DNA of 64,000 bases from Escherichia phage RB3: the sequence record KM606994, one strand, 5' to 3'. Positions 42,595-53,831 of this stretch are shown here, piece after piece (the first letter of the stretch is position 1; the number at the start of each line of letters is the position of its first letter). Under the pieces are notes generated by a model. The model searched no databases, was not told the origin of the DNA, and saw only the letters and a program-made list of their open reading frames with translations. Made by a program: the position numbers and the translations under genes.

Positions 42595-44858
42595 TACAAT
42601 TTACACGCTGCACAATCGTCGGCTTTAGGAGTTTCTATTTCATAATCATCAGTACCAGAACCATCACGGGTATTATGATAATAGAAATTTTTAATGCCAT
42701 AATACCATCCGTATAGCATGTCATCAATCATTATTGACATTGGAACCTTTCCTTTTGGAAAAATCTGCGGGTCATAATATGTATTCGCTGAAGCTGATTG
42801 ACATACCCATTTCAGCATAATAGCTACTTGCGTAAGATAAGGTTTATTACCTTTCTTAGCTAATTTCCATGTATAATCATAGAGGTCTATGTTATGCTCA
42901 ATATTGGGCACGACCTGATTAAAGGAGCCCTCTTTTGATTCTTTAACAGAGACTGGTCCACGTGGAGGCTCGATACCGTTTGTACTGTTAGAAACTTGGG
43001 AAGATGACTCACATGGCATAAGTGCTGATAATGTGCTATTACGGATGCCAAAGAGCTTAAGGTCTTCCCGCAGCGCCGACCAGTCACAAACGTATTTTGG
43101 AGCTGCGATTTGGTCAATCTTTTTATTGTACCAGTCGATAGGTAATTCGCCTCGAGACCAACGAGTGTCTGAATAATATTCACAAGGTCCTTTTTCTTTG
43201 GCGAGCTTAATGGATGCTTTAATGAGTCCATACTGTAATCTCTCAAATAGTTCATGTGTTAAATCGTTAGCATCTTCATAAGAAGCAAAGTTACTTGCCA
43301 GCCAAGCTGCATAGTTGGTAACACCTACACCGAGGTTACGACGCTTTTTAGCTTTTTCTGCTTCAGGAACTGGATATCCTTGGTAATCCAAAAGATTATC
43401 AAGAGCACGAACTTGAACTTCTGCCAATTCATTAATTTTATCTTGGTCTTGCCAGTCAAAATTATCTAGTACGAATGCAGATAACGTGCACAAGCCAATT
43501 TCAGCATCAGGACTATTCACATCATTTGTTGGAATAGCAATTTCACAGCACAAGTTACTCTGACGAATAGGTGCCTTTTCACGAATAAACGGAGTATAGT
43601 TATTCGTATTATCAATGAACTGTACATAAATCCTTGCTGTTCCTGAACGTTCAGTCATGAGCAATTCAAATAGTTCACGGGCTTTAATACGCTTTTTACG
43701 AATATTAGGGTCTTTTTCTGCTGCTTCGTATAATTCACGGAAACGGTCTTGGTCTTTAAAATAAGAATAATAAAGCTCTCCACCCATTTCATGCGGACTG
43801 AACAAAGTAATGTAATCGTTCTTTCCGAATCGTTCCATCATCAAATCATTCAGTTGAACACCATAATCCATATGACGAATGCGGTTTTCTTCTACGCCTT
43901 TGTTATTTTTCAAAACGAGAAGATTTTCAACTTCCAAATGCCAAATAGGATAATAAGCAGTAGCAGCGCCGCCACGAATTCCACCCTGTGAACATGATTT
44001 AACTGCAGTCTGAAAATGTTTCCAAAAAGGAATAACACCAGTATGGCGTACTTCACCCATGCCAATCTTAGAACCTTCGGCACGAATCATACCAACGTTA
44101 ATACCAATTCCAGCGCGTTTAGAGATATATTCTACAATCGAAGCGGAAGCCTTATTGATAGACTTCAATGAATCACCTGCCTCAATAACAACGCATGAAC
44201 TAAACTGCCGAGTTGGAGTACGGCAACCAGCCATAATAGGAGTTGGTAATGAAATCTGTCGAGTAGATACTGCTTCATAAAAACGAATAACGTGTTTTAG
44301 TCTATCAACAGGTTCATCTTGATGCAATGCCATTCCAATAGTCATAAATGCAAACTGCGGAGTTTCATAAATTTGACCAGTGGTTTTATCTTTAACTAGA
44401 TATTTTTCTTTTAATTGCATCGCTCCGGAATAAGTAAATTCCATATCCCGCTCGTGCTTAATTTTTGATTCTAAAAATGTAATTTCTTCTGCAGAATATT
44501 TTGACAACAATTCAGGGTCGTATTTACCTTCATTTACACAGTAAGAAATATGGTCAATAAATGAACGTGGTTCATATTGTCCGTAAACATGCTTACGAAG
44601 AGCAAACATTAAACAGCGCGCAGCCACGTATTGATAATCAGGCTCTTCAACTGAAATAGAATTCGCAGCAGCCTTAATTACAATGGTTTGAATGTCATCA
44701 GTGGTCATTCCATCACGGAGATATGATTTAATATTTTCATATAATTCATAAGGATCTACAGATGTTCCTTCAGCTGCCCAAGATAAAACTTTAATAATTT
44801 TTTGCGGGTCAAAGCTCTGAGAAACACCACTACTTTTGATAACATTAATTAATTGCAT
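42594..44858 (-). CDS. nrdA: Ribonucleotide reductase large subunit NrdA
   Basis: 754 aa; class I RNR alpha subunit recognised. Confidence 0.95.
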   Translation of the reverse strand: MQLINVIKSSGVSQSFDPQKIIKVLSWAAEGTSVDPYELYENIKSYLRDGMTTDDIQTIVIKAAANSISVEEPDYQYVAARCLMFALRKHVYGQYEPRSFIDHISYCVNEGKYDPELLSKYSAEEITFLESKIKHERDMEFTYSGAMQLKEKYLVKDKTTGQIYETPQFAFMTIGMALHQDEPVDRLKHVIRFYEAVSTRQISLPTPIMAGCRTPTRQFSSCVVIEAGDSLKSINKASASIVEYISKRAGIGINVGMIRAEGSKIGMGEVRHTGVIPFWKHFQTAVKSCSQGGIRGGAATAYYPIWHLEVENLLVLKNNKGVEENRIRHMDYGVQLNDLMMERFGKNDYITLFSPHEMGGELYYSYFKDQDRFRELYEAAEKDPNIRKKRIKARELFELLMTERSGTARIYVQFIDNTNNYTPFIREKAPIRQSNLCCEIAIPTNDVNSPDAEIGLCTLSAFVLDNFDWQDQDKINELAEVQVRALDNLLDYQGYPVPEAEKAKKRRNLGVGVTNYAAWLASNFASYEDANDLTHELFERLQYGLIKASIKLAKEKGPCEYYSDTRWSRGELPIDWYNKKIDQIAAPKYVCDWSALREDLKLFGIRNSTLSALMPCESSSQVSNSTNGIEPPRGPVSVKESKEGSFNQVVPNIEHNIDLYDYTWKLAKKGNKPYLTQVAIMLKWVCQSASANTYYDPQIFPKGKVPMSIMIDDMLYGWYYGIKNFYYHNTRDGSGTDDYEIETPKADDCAACKL

Positions 44859-45175
44859 AAGTCCTCAACTTGAAAATCGTCTTTAAACAATCGGTTAACT
44901 ATATGAGCTATTATATCACCATGACACGGCTTTGGTTTACATGTGCATCCTAGCCTCATTCCACGTAAAGGCTCTAAATGTGCTTTAGTTATTTCTCCGG
45001 ATTTAATTCGACGTATAAAATCTTTTTTGAATAATTCAATGGCAGCCTCCCGGCTGCCAGCATCTTTACCGACGTAATTTCCCCAAAATGTACCGCGGTG
45101 AATATTAACATCAAAGTCGGATTTATATTTATTCACTACCTGGCATAGACGGCCCGCGCGGTGATAATTCGTCAT
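44849..45175 (-). CDS. Hypothetical Cys/His-cluster protein (nrdA.1 position)
   Basis: 108 aa; C-terminal [14 protein letters not shown] motif. Confidence 0.5.
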   Translation of the reverse strand: MTNYHRAGRLCQVVNKYKSDFDVNIHRGTFWGNYVGKDAGSREAAIELFKKDFIRRIKSGEITKAHLEPLRGMRLGCTCKPKPCHGDIIAHIVNRLFKDDFQVEDLCN

Positions 45176-45404
45176 ATTGTTTTTCCGTTAAAACAGTAAT
45201 ATCATAGTAACAATCTGAAGAAGTTTTAACTGTAGAAATTTTATTATCAAAATACTCACGAGTCATTTTATGAGTATAATATTTTTTGCCATAAATGATA
45301 ATAGGCTGATTTGGTCCTGGAACTTCTAACTCGCTTGGATTAGGAAGTGTAAAAAGAACTACACCAGAAGTATCTTTAAATCGTAAAATCATATATCCTC
45401 GCAA
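45129..45404 (-). CDS. Hypothetical protein (nrdA.2 position)
   Basis: 91-aa ORF. Confidence 0.5.
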   Translation of the reverse strand: MRGYMILRFKDTSGVVLFTLPNPSELEVPGPNQPIIIYGKKYYTHKMTREYFDNKISTVKTSSDCYYDITVLTEKQYDELSPRGPSMPGSE

Positions 45405-45415
45405 TTAAATTAAAA

Positions 45416-45727
45416 TTATACCGCCATTTTTCCTTTCAAGACACCGTGGGACTGATAATCTTTGAGAACGAAATCTTTAGGCCTGAGTTTAAGAATGTAT
45501 TCCAATTGTTCTTTAGTAGAAAGATAGCGGAATTTATAAGGCAATCCGCCTATTACCAGTTCACAAAGCTCTTTAGGTTCACGACGCAAAATTTCTTTAC
45601 ATTGTTCTACGTGATTCATATAGATATGAGTATTACCGCCAGAAAATATCAAATCTCCAGGAATAAGATTACACATCTTAGCTACAATATGAACTAACGT
45701 AGCATATGATGCAATATTAAATGGTAG
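45416..45727 (-). CDS. td: Thymidylate synthase, exon 2
   Basis: Exon begins CTACCATTT (LPFNIASYATLVH...) right after intron-terminal ...CATAATG. Confidence 0.92.
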   Translation of the reverse strand, partial: LPFNIASYATLVHIVAKMCNLIPGDLIFSGGNTHIYMNHVEQCKEILRREPKELCELVIGGLPYKFRYLSTKEQLEYILKLRPKDFVLKDYQSHGVLKGKMAV

Positions 45728-46743
45728 CATTATGTTCAGATAAGGTCGTTAATCTTACCCCGGAATTATATCCAGCTGCATGTCACCATGCAGATCAGAC
45801 TATATCTCCAACTTGTTAAAGCAAGTTGTCTATCGTTTCGAGTCACTTGACCCTACTCCCCAAAGGGATAGTCGTTAGGCATTTATGTAGAACCAATTCC
45901 ATTTATCAGATTTTACACGATAAGTAACTAATCCAGACGAAATTTTAAAATGTCTAGCTGCATCTGCTGCACAATCAAAAATAACCCCATCACATGAAAT
46001 CTTTTTAATATTACTAGGCTTTTTACCTTTCATCTTTTCTGATATTTTAGATTTAGTTATGTCTGAATGCTTATGATTAAAGAATGAATTATTTTCACCT
46101 GAACGATTTCTGCATTTACTACAAGTATAAGCAGAAGTTTGTATGCGAACACCGCACTTACAAAACTTATGGGTTTCTGGATTCCAACGCCCGTTTTTAC
46201 TTCCGGGTTTACTGTAAAGAGCTTTCCGACCATCAGGTCCAAGTTTAAGCATCTTAGCTTTAACAGTTTCAGAACGTTTCTTAATAATTTCTTCTTTTAA
46301 TGGATGCGTAGAACATGTATCACCAAACGTTGCATCAGCAATATTGTATCCATTAATTTTAGAATTAAGCTCTTTAATCCAAAAATTTTCTCGTTCAATA
46401 ATCAAATCTTTCTCATATGGAATTTCTTCCAAAATAGAACATTCAAACACATTACCATGTTTGTTAAAAGACCTCTGAAGTTTTATAGAAGAATGGCATC
46501 CTTTTTCTAAATCTTTAAAATGCCTCTTCCATCTCTTTTCAAAATCTTTAGCACTTCCTACATATACTTTATTGTTTAAAGTATTTTTAATCTGATAAAT
46601 TCCGCTTTTCATAAATACCTCTTTAAATATAGAAGTATTTATTAAAGGGCAGTCCTACAATTTAGCACGGGATTGTCTACTAGAGAGGTTCCCCGTTTAG
46701 ATAGATTACAAGTATAAGTCACCTTATACTCAGGCCTCAATTA
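45728..46743 (-). mobile_element. Group I self-splicing intron in td (1016 nt) carrying I-TevI
   Basis: 5' end TAATTGAGGCCTGAGTATAAGGTG after exon ...TTGGGT; 3' end ...CATAATG; length equals the T4 td intron. Confidence 0.92.
45875..46612 (-). CDS. Intron-encoded GIY-YIG homing endonuclease I-TevI
   Basis: 245 aa; MKSGIYQIKNTLNNKVYVGSAK... Confidence 0.93.
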   Translation of the reverse strand: MKSGIYQIKNTLNNKVYVGSAKDFEKRWKRHFKDLEKGCHSSIKLQRSFNKHGNVFECSILEEIPYEKDLIIERENFWIKELNSKINGYNIADATFGDTCSTHPLKEEIIKKRSETVKAKMLKLGPDGRKALYSKPGSKNGRWNPETHKFCKCGVRIQTSAYTCSKCRNRSGENNSFFNHKHSDITKSKISEKMKGKKPSNIKKISCDGVIFDCAADAARHFKISSGLVTYRVKSDKWNWFYINA

Positions 46744-47292
46744 ACCCAAGAAAACATCTACTGATCGTTGATACCACTGCAAATCCAAATAGCCATTACG
46801 CACATTAAACTGATAGAACATATGACAAGGCGGTAATGCCATATATTTAAGTTCAGCTGGATTCCACGCAGAAACAATTTGTCGCCTATCATTCGGCAGT
46901 TTTTTAATACGATCAATAACTTCTACAATTTGGTCTACACCGCCAAAATCACGCCATTGTTTTCCATAAATTGGACCAAGTTCACCGCTATGGTATCCTA
47001 AATCTTTTGCTTGATTTTCGTAATTTTCATCCCAGACTGTTTTGCCTTGGATTAACGAATCATGCTGAATTAATCGTAAATCATTTACGTTAGTACTTCC
47101 TGATAAGAACCAAAGTAGCTCAGCAATGCAAGCTTTCCAAGCGAGCTTTTTAGTTGTTACTGCAGGAAAACCTTTACTTAAATCCCAGCGTAATTTAGTA
47201 CCGAACAAAGCAATTGTTCCTGTGCCCGTTCGGTCATCGGTTTCATAGCCATTTTCAAAAATGTCTTTAATTAAATCTTGGTATTGTTTCAT
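46744..47292 (-). CDS. td: Thymidylate synthase, exon 1
   Basis: MKQYQDLIKDIFENGYETDDRTGTGT...; exons sum to 286 codons. Confidence 0.92.
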
Positions 47293-47336
47293 TTAGTACC
47301 TTATATAAATTATAATACATTTTATGAAGCTAATAA

Positions 47337-48533
<1,197 letters not shown>

Positions 48534-48554
48534 ATTACCTCCTATTAAAAAGGA

Positions 48555-48878
48555 TCAGGAAACATATCCACTAGATTTAATCATTTTAATTAATGTTAAC
48601 ATTCCTTTATTAACTGCTCGTGAGATTTCATCAAAAACTTCATCGCTAAAAAGTTCTAACACGCCATACTGAACTTTTAATTTACAGCCAGCAATTTCGT
48701 TTTCGCCTATAGTAAATTCGTTTCCGCCAATTCCACCGAAAAACTTAATCACGCCAGTTAACTGTCTTCCACGAGAATATGGGTCGTGTGATAAAGTAAT
48801 ATGAGTCACCCCAGGTACAGTTTTAAATTGGCAGCGAATGTTTACTTGGGAAATTCCAGTTACATGAATGTCAGACAT
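48555..48878 (-). CDS. Hypothetical protein
   Basis: 107-aa ORF. Confidence 0.45.
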   Translation of the reverse strand: MSDIHVTGISQVNIRCQFKTVPGVTHITLSHDPYSRGRQLTGVIKFFGGIGGNEFTIGENEIAGCKLKVQYGVLELFSDEVFDEISRAVNKGMLTLIKMIKSSGYVS

Positions 48879-48888
48879 AATATTTTCC

Positions 48889-49131
48889 TCAGACGGACTT
48901 TTTCACAATTTTCCAATCGGCTTTAAACTGTTCAACGTCAGAGTGGTAAATCCAGAATCCTGCGCTTTCTCCATCTTCATAAAGAGGACATCCATCGCAT
49001 TCATCTTCCCATCCCATATCACGCAAAAGACGTTCAGCTTTTTCAACAAGTTCAGAATCTTTACCGATGATATTAAAATACCATTTACCTCTAACTTCTG
49101 AATCTTTGATGCTCTGGCGTTGTAATCTCAT
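48889..49131 (-). CDS. Hypothetical protein
   Basis: 80-aa ORF; early promoter and SD GGAGAATAAA upstream. Confidence 0.5.
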   Translation of the reverse strand: MRLQRQSIKDSEVRGKWYFNIIGKDSELVEKAERLLRDMGWEDECDGCPLYEDGESAGFWIYHSDVEQFKADWKIVKKSV

Positions 49132-49156
49132 TTTATTCTCCTTAGTTGATAGGGTA

Positions 49157-49186
49157 ATAGTATCACACTACTACCCTTCTGTAAAC
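49157..49186 (-). promoter_or_regulatory. Early promoter upstream of ORF 48889-49131
   Basis: GTTTAC-18 nt-TACTAT on minus strand. Confidence 0.55.
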
Positions 49187-49551
49187 TACTTTTTGAAAGT
49201 TTTTCGCAAAAGTTCAATGATTTCATCTACATTGTTTTCGTCTACAATGCAGTGAATTTTTGTTACGCCAGAAATCTTGTCTTCGACTTCGTCTTCTTCA
49301 GAAGTCGGTTCTTTATACTCACGAAAACAATGAAATTCGTCTTCGCAGACGTTGAAGTAAAAATGCTTTCCATTTGCGCATTCAATGTGTTTTATTACTC
49401 TAAATCCATCAGCAGAGAAAGCTTCTTTAACTTCAAACCATCCGCCATTTTCTTGAATAATTTTAACTATTGATGAATTAGAACGTGGGCGATAATTAAT
49501 AAATGTATTAATAAGTCTTGGAACAAACTCATACTTTTTGCCAATATACAT
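49186..49551 (-). CDS. Hypothetical protein
   Basis: 121-aa ORF. Confidence 0.45.
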   Translation of the reverse strand: MYIGKKYEFVPRLINTFINYRPRSNSSIVKIIQENGGWFEVKEAFSADGFRVIKHIECANGKHFYFNVCEDEFHCFREYKEPTSEEDEVEDKISGVTKIHCIVDENNVDEIIELLRKTFKK

Positions 49552-49595
49552 TACGTTTTCCTCATTTTAACGGGGCTATTACAGCCCCTTGATAA

Positions 49596-49823
49596 TTATT
49601 GTTCGATCAGTCCCATGTAAAATTCTGTGTCTTCAGAATCCATGCCATCACAATATTCATTAGCCATAAAGCGGGTAAGGTCTTCAAGAGGACCTTCAAT
49701 GACAATAGAAAAATTGCAATAATTGGGATCATCATGAATACTTGTGATACTAAGTTCAGGATAACGATTACGAATAATTTCTTCAATATATTCAAAATCA
49801 ACGATGTCAATATCAACTTTAGC
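49596..49823 (-). CDS. Hypothetical small acidic protein
   Basis: 75 aa from [11 protein letters not shown]...; SD AAAGAGGAAAA. Confidence 0.4.
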   Translation of the reverse strand, partial: AKVDIDIVDFEYIEEIIRNRYPELSITSIHDDPNYCNFSIVIEGPLEDLTRFMANEYCDGMDSEDTEFYMGLIEQ

Positions 49824-49920
49824 CATATTATTTTCCTCTTTAATTATCAACAGTATTGCCGATAGTTGTATAGTACCATGGAAGGACAAGGATGTAAACC
49901 GTTTTGTGAAAAAATTTTTG

Positions 49921-49949
49921 AAATAAAAAAGGGGACCTCTAGGGTCCCC
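49921..49949 (-). terminator. Terminator after gene 32
   Basis: Minus strand GGGGACC-CUAGA-GGUCCCC followed by UUUUUUAUUU. Confidence 0.8.
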
Positions 49950-49971
49950 AATTAATTAGTAATATAATCTA

Positions 49972-50877
49972 TTAAAGGTCATTCAAAAGGTCATCTAGGT
50001 CCGTGTCATCAGCACTAGATGAACTGCCAGAGCTTGAGCTCATAAAATCATCTTCAGTTTTTGTATTGAAGTCATCAACATTGAATGCATCCAAATCATC
50101 AGCAACTTTATCAGCTTTCTTAGCAGCAGTCGCTGCGGCACCACCCATTGCAGCAGTTCCCATAACTTGACTGAACTTAGTGCTCAGTTCTTCAAACGAT
50201 TTGAATTTATCTTTAGAAGTCATTTCAGAAAGGTCAACCATTTGTTCGAACAGTTCTTTCTGGAAAGATTCATCGTCAATGTTTGGAATCGCAGATTGAT
50301 TCAGGAATTTAGATTCGTCGTAGTTACTAAATCCAGAAACCTGTTTAACTTTCAGTACAAAGTTAGCACCTTCCCACGGACAAGTTACATCAACTGGAGT
50401 TTCACCCATTTCAACATCAACCGCAATCATCGCGTTGATTTTATCCCAGATTTTCTTACCGAAACGGTATTTAAATACTTTACCTTCATTTTCTGGAGCA
50501 GCTGGGTCTTTTACAACAAGAATGTTAGCCCAGTAAGAAGTTTTACGTTTAACAAGACTATACTCTTTATTGTCAGTGTTGTACAGATCATTTTTACTGA
50601 TGTATTGACATACTGGGCAAGAATCGTAATCACCATGGGTAGATGAACATGTTTCAATATACCATTTACCATTTTTCTTGAAACCGTGATTTACAAGAAT
50701 TGCGAATGGTGCTTGTTCATCATTTTTAGACGGAAGAAAACGAATTACTGCTTGACCGTTACCCGCATTATCGAGTTTCAGTTTCCACTCGCCTTTATCT
50801 TCAGAAGAAAAACCTTTATTGCCATTCAGTTTAGCCATTTGTGCAGCAAGTTCAGCAGTAGATTTACGTTTAAACAT
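49972..50877 (-). CDS. 32: Single-stranded DNA-binding protein gp32
   Basis: 301 aa; Zn-binding Cys/His cluster; acidic C-terminus; terminator downstream. Confidence 0.95.
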
Positions 50878-50935
50878 TTTATTTCCTTTTTAACTTAATT
50901 TAATTAACAGTTGGTGCTATGACACTTTACCTCAT
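50878..50935 (-). promoter_or_regulatory. Gene 32 translational operator (autoregulatory 5' leader)
   Basis: Leader ...GTGTCATAGCACCAACTG then AU-rich UUAAUUAAAUUAAGUUAAAAAGGAAAUAAAAUG, matching the remembered T4 gene 32 operator architecture. Confidence 0.55.
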
Positions 50936-51564
50936 AGCTGGCATAATTTGCAATACTCTGGGTCTTCGAGAGGTATCCAACCTGAGTTGAAATACTTTAC
51001 CATCGATTTAGCAGTTGTATCAGTTATATTTATATTACCTTTAACTCTTCGCCATCCAGGAGTTTTACCGTACAGATTAGAGGATAATAATAACACATAA
51101 TTCTCGTAAGCAATATGAGATAATTTCCAAGACTCTATATTAGCTCGTGATGTTTTCCAAGGTCTAAAATCGTCACGGTTCATATAATTAGCCAATCTCA
51201 TATGCTCTCTAACTTCCGGGTCTTTGGCTGGATGAGTTTCACCACTCACACCAAATCCACCACCAGCATATACCAGATTAAAATAGTCTGGATTATCTCT
51301 GGCATTTACTTCAAGTTGGTATTTTCGTTCTGCTTCAATAACATCCAAGTCATCATCAATTTGAATTATTTTAACGCTCGGTTTTTGAAGCATTAGCGCA
51401 TTCAAAAATCTTTTTTGTTTACATGAGCTCCAGTATTCCTTTCCGGAAGAGTCATATATTATTCCATTCTCAAATGAGCAATTTAATTTACTACCGATAT
51501 AGTAGTATGGCGGAGTCTTATTTTTGACACGGTCTTCAAATGTAAACCAATATACTATATTCAT
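50932..51564 (-). CDS. segG: GIY-YIG homing endonuclease SegG-like
   Basis: 210 aa; GIY-YIG-like (IVYWFTF...PYYYIGSK); between gene 32 and 59. Confidence 0.72.
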   Translation of the reverse strand: MNIVYWFTFEDRVKNKTPPYYYIGSKLNCSFENGIIYDSSGKEYWSSCKQKRFLNALMLQKPSVKIIQIDDDLDVIEAERKYQLEVNARDNPDYFNLVYAGGGFGVSGETHPAKDPEVREHMRLANYMNRDDFRPWKTSRANIESWKLSHIAYENYVLLLSSNLYGKTPGWRRVKGNINITDTTAKSMVKYFNSGWIPLEDPEYCKLCQL

Positions 51565-51565
51565 A

Positions 51566-52219
51566 TCAATACTTACAAGATTTCACAGTTTCAATGAAAA
51601 CATTTTTAGCTTTCTGTGAATCAATATTTAAAATTTTTCTATAAGCCTTTAACTTTATAGAATAATTATTCCAGACTAAATTATCAGTCTGTTCATCGTG
51701 TTTATCAATTATATTTAAAAACGAATCAAGCAAGATAAACGTCTCAAACGAAATTATGTTCGATTGCAGAAGTTTAAAAATATAACTTGACTGAACCTTT
51801 GGATTATATTCAAAGATTTCTTTAAAAGCAGAAACTTCAACTTTTTTACTAAAATAATAAATGTTGCGAATATCTTCTTCAAACTTAAATTTAATTTGCT
51901 TTAAGCGTCCGATATATTCACGATAAAACACAAGCGCATCAGCGTCAGAGATGTCGCCAATCCAAGCATCTTGGTTAGCAACCAAATTACTTATAAAGAT
52001 TAAAGCAAGTTCCTTTAATTTATATTTTTCTGATAACTTCTGGAAAAAATACTTATCCCTTCGCTTTTGATAAGCGGCATCAGACACCCGCATGCACCAA
52101 TTATACTTAATTACATCATACTTTCCATTCATATGCTGTTTTATCATTAAGTATAATTTATAAACTGATTTACCATCAATGTATCTTTCACCACCAGCAG
52201 GCATGCGGAGTTTAATCAT
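51566..52219 (-). CDS. 59: Helicase loader gp59
   Basis: 217 aa; synteny. Confidence 0.9.
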   Translation of the reverse strand: MIKLRMPAGGERYIDGKSVYKLYLMIKQHMNGKYDVIKYNWCMRVSDAAYQKRRDKYFFQKLSEKYKLKELALIFISNLVANQDAWIGDISDADALVFYREYIGRLKQIKFKFEEDIRNIYYFSKKVEVSAFKEIFEYNPKVQSSYIFKLLQSNIISFETFILLDSFLNIIDKHDEQTDNLVWNNYSIKLKAYRKILNIDSQKAKNVFIETVKSCKY

Positions 52220-52554
52220 AGCAGAAAATCTAATGTATTAGTTTTTTCACAACGAACAACAGAAGGACGTAAAAGATTTTCGTCAATAGCTTCTGACTGA
52301 ATTTTTTCAATTATACCCGAAGGAATAAATTTAGCAAATTGAGTTTCAGGAATAGAATTTTCTTCTAAGAATGCTGTTGTAGCTTCAAGATAACTCATTC
52401 CAAACTCTTCTACCATTTTTTCAATAATAAATCCATTTTCTTGACGATCAAGAAGCTTTGCTATTTCATCCTTTTCTTTCTTAATTGAAAGTTCTTTTTC
52501 TGAAAGACCGGTCTCATCGACCGGACGAATATCATTTAGAGAAAACTGTGTCAT
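52216..52554 (-). CDS. 33: Late transcription co-activator gp33
   Basis: 112 aa from MTQFSLNDIRPVDE... Confidence 0.85.
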   Translation of the reverse strand: MTQFSLNDIRPVDETGLSEKELSIKKEKDEIAKLLDRQENGFIIEKMVEEFGMSYLEATTAFLEENSIPETQFAKFIPSGIIEKIQSEAIDENLLRPSVVRCEKTNTLDFLL

Positions 52555-52801
52555 AAAGTTCAACTACCTCTTCAGTTTCAGCTTCAAACACATCACGGTT
52601 ATCTTTATGATACAAAGCTAATAGACGATTAAACATCTTACCATCAACGCCAAGTTCATCTTTGGCACGAATTCGAATATCTTTAATCAGTTCATTATAA
52701 CCGGAAATTTTCAGTTTATGATCAGATGCTTCTTTAATAAATTTAGCCAAGTCTTCGCCATGGATAGCTTCATCAAATTCAACCATTTCTTTTTTAGCCA
52801 T
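52532..52801 (-). CDS. dsbA: Double-stranded DNA-binding protein DsbA
   Basis: 89 aa; synteny. Confidence 0.85.
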   Translation of the reverse strand: MAKKEMVEFDEAIHGEDLAKFIKEASDHKLKISGYNELIKDIRIRAKDELGVDGKMFNRLLALYHKDNRDVFEAETEEVVELYDTVFSK

Positions 52802-52809
52802 TATTCACC

Positions 52810-53727
52810 TCAAAATTCATTAATACTATTAGTTAATTTAGAAAGACCCGCTTTTACAAAATATGAATAAATTTTGCCACGCGGTGGTAATTTATATGAA
52901 TTATAGTAATTCACAATGTTTGAAGCAATATTATCAGGAATATAATCAAAATCAATTAGAACTAAATTTTCTTTATAACGATTATATTCAGATTCTGTGA
53001 GAAGCACCTTAGCTTGCTCACGGTCATTAGCAATAGCTTCAACGATTGAAGTTTTCATTGAAGGAGTCCGTTCACCTTCAACTCTGGTAAACCAAAAGTC
53101 AGAACGTACTTTAACTGAAGCAACGTTATCCTTTTTGTCACCCTTAAGAATTTTAGTCATACAATCAATTTCAGCAGAACCGCTTTTAATTTTAACCCAT
53201 TTCTTGTGCATCGGTGACCATTGCTTAACATTTGGATATTTGTGAAGTTGAGTAAAGTCACCGTCCGATGAAATGATTAAAATCTTATGTCCTTCTAAAG
53301 AGAACTTTTTAACAAGAACAGCAATGTGGTCATCTGCTTCATACTTATCAATATCCATAACAATGTATGGCATATAAGCTTTCAATTCATCTATAACTTT
53401 ATGACTGGATTCAAAATAACCTTCCCAGTCCCAAGTAGATTCTTCTCGTGCTTTTCCACGGTTTTTCTTATAATAATAAGCGAAATCACGACGCCAGTAT
53501 CCAGATTTCGCGTTATCAATACACAGTACAATTTTAGTGTATCCAAGCGTTTTTGCTTTTTTGACATTAAACTTAATTGAGTTCAATATCAAATGACGAA
53601 CCATTGATAAATTAATTTTTTCTTTATCTGGGAAGTTTACCAGAGCAGTTGAAAGCGCAATTTGACTAAAGTCAATAAAGCAAATTCCTTCTTTGTAATC
53701 TTCATCCAGCATCATTTCTAAATCCAT
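52810..53727 (-). CDS. rnh: RNase H (FEN-family 5'-3' exonuclease)
   Basis: 305 aa from MDLEMMLDEDYKEG...; early promoter upstream. Confidence 0.9.
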   Translation of the reverse strand: MDLEMMLDEDYKEGICFIDFSQIALSTALVNFPDKEKINLSMVRHLILNSIKFNVKKAKTLGYTKIVLCIDNAKSGYWRRDFAYYYKKNRGKAREESTWDWEGYFESSHKVIDELKAYMPYIVMDIDKYEADDHIAVLVKKFSLEGHKILIISSDGDFTQLHKYPNVKQWSPMHKKWVKIKSGSAEIDCMTKILKGDKKDNVASVKVRSDFWFTRVEGERTPSMKTSIVEAIANDREQAKVLLTESEYNRYKENLVLIDFDYIPDNIASNIVNYYNSYKLPPRGKIYSYFVKAGLSKLTNSINEF

Positions 53728-53756
53728 ATGAACCTCGTTCAATTAGTGAGATTTCT

Positions 53757-53786
53757 ATTATATACTATCTAAATCTTAAAGTAAAC
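53757..53786 (-). promoter_or_regulatory. Early promoter upstream of rnh
   Basis: GTTTAC-18 nt-TATAAT on minus strand, back-to-back with the gene 34 late promoter. Confidence 0.65.
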
Positions 53787-53789
53787 AGG

Positions 53790-53797
53790 TATAAATA
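53790..53797 (+). promoter_or_regulatory. Late promoter TATAAATA (gene 34)
   Basis: Exact TATAAATA upstream of gp34. Confidence 0.7.
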
Positions 53798-53831
53798 CTT
53801 ATTATTGAAAACACAATAGGAGCCCGGGAGA

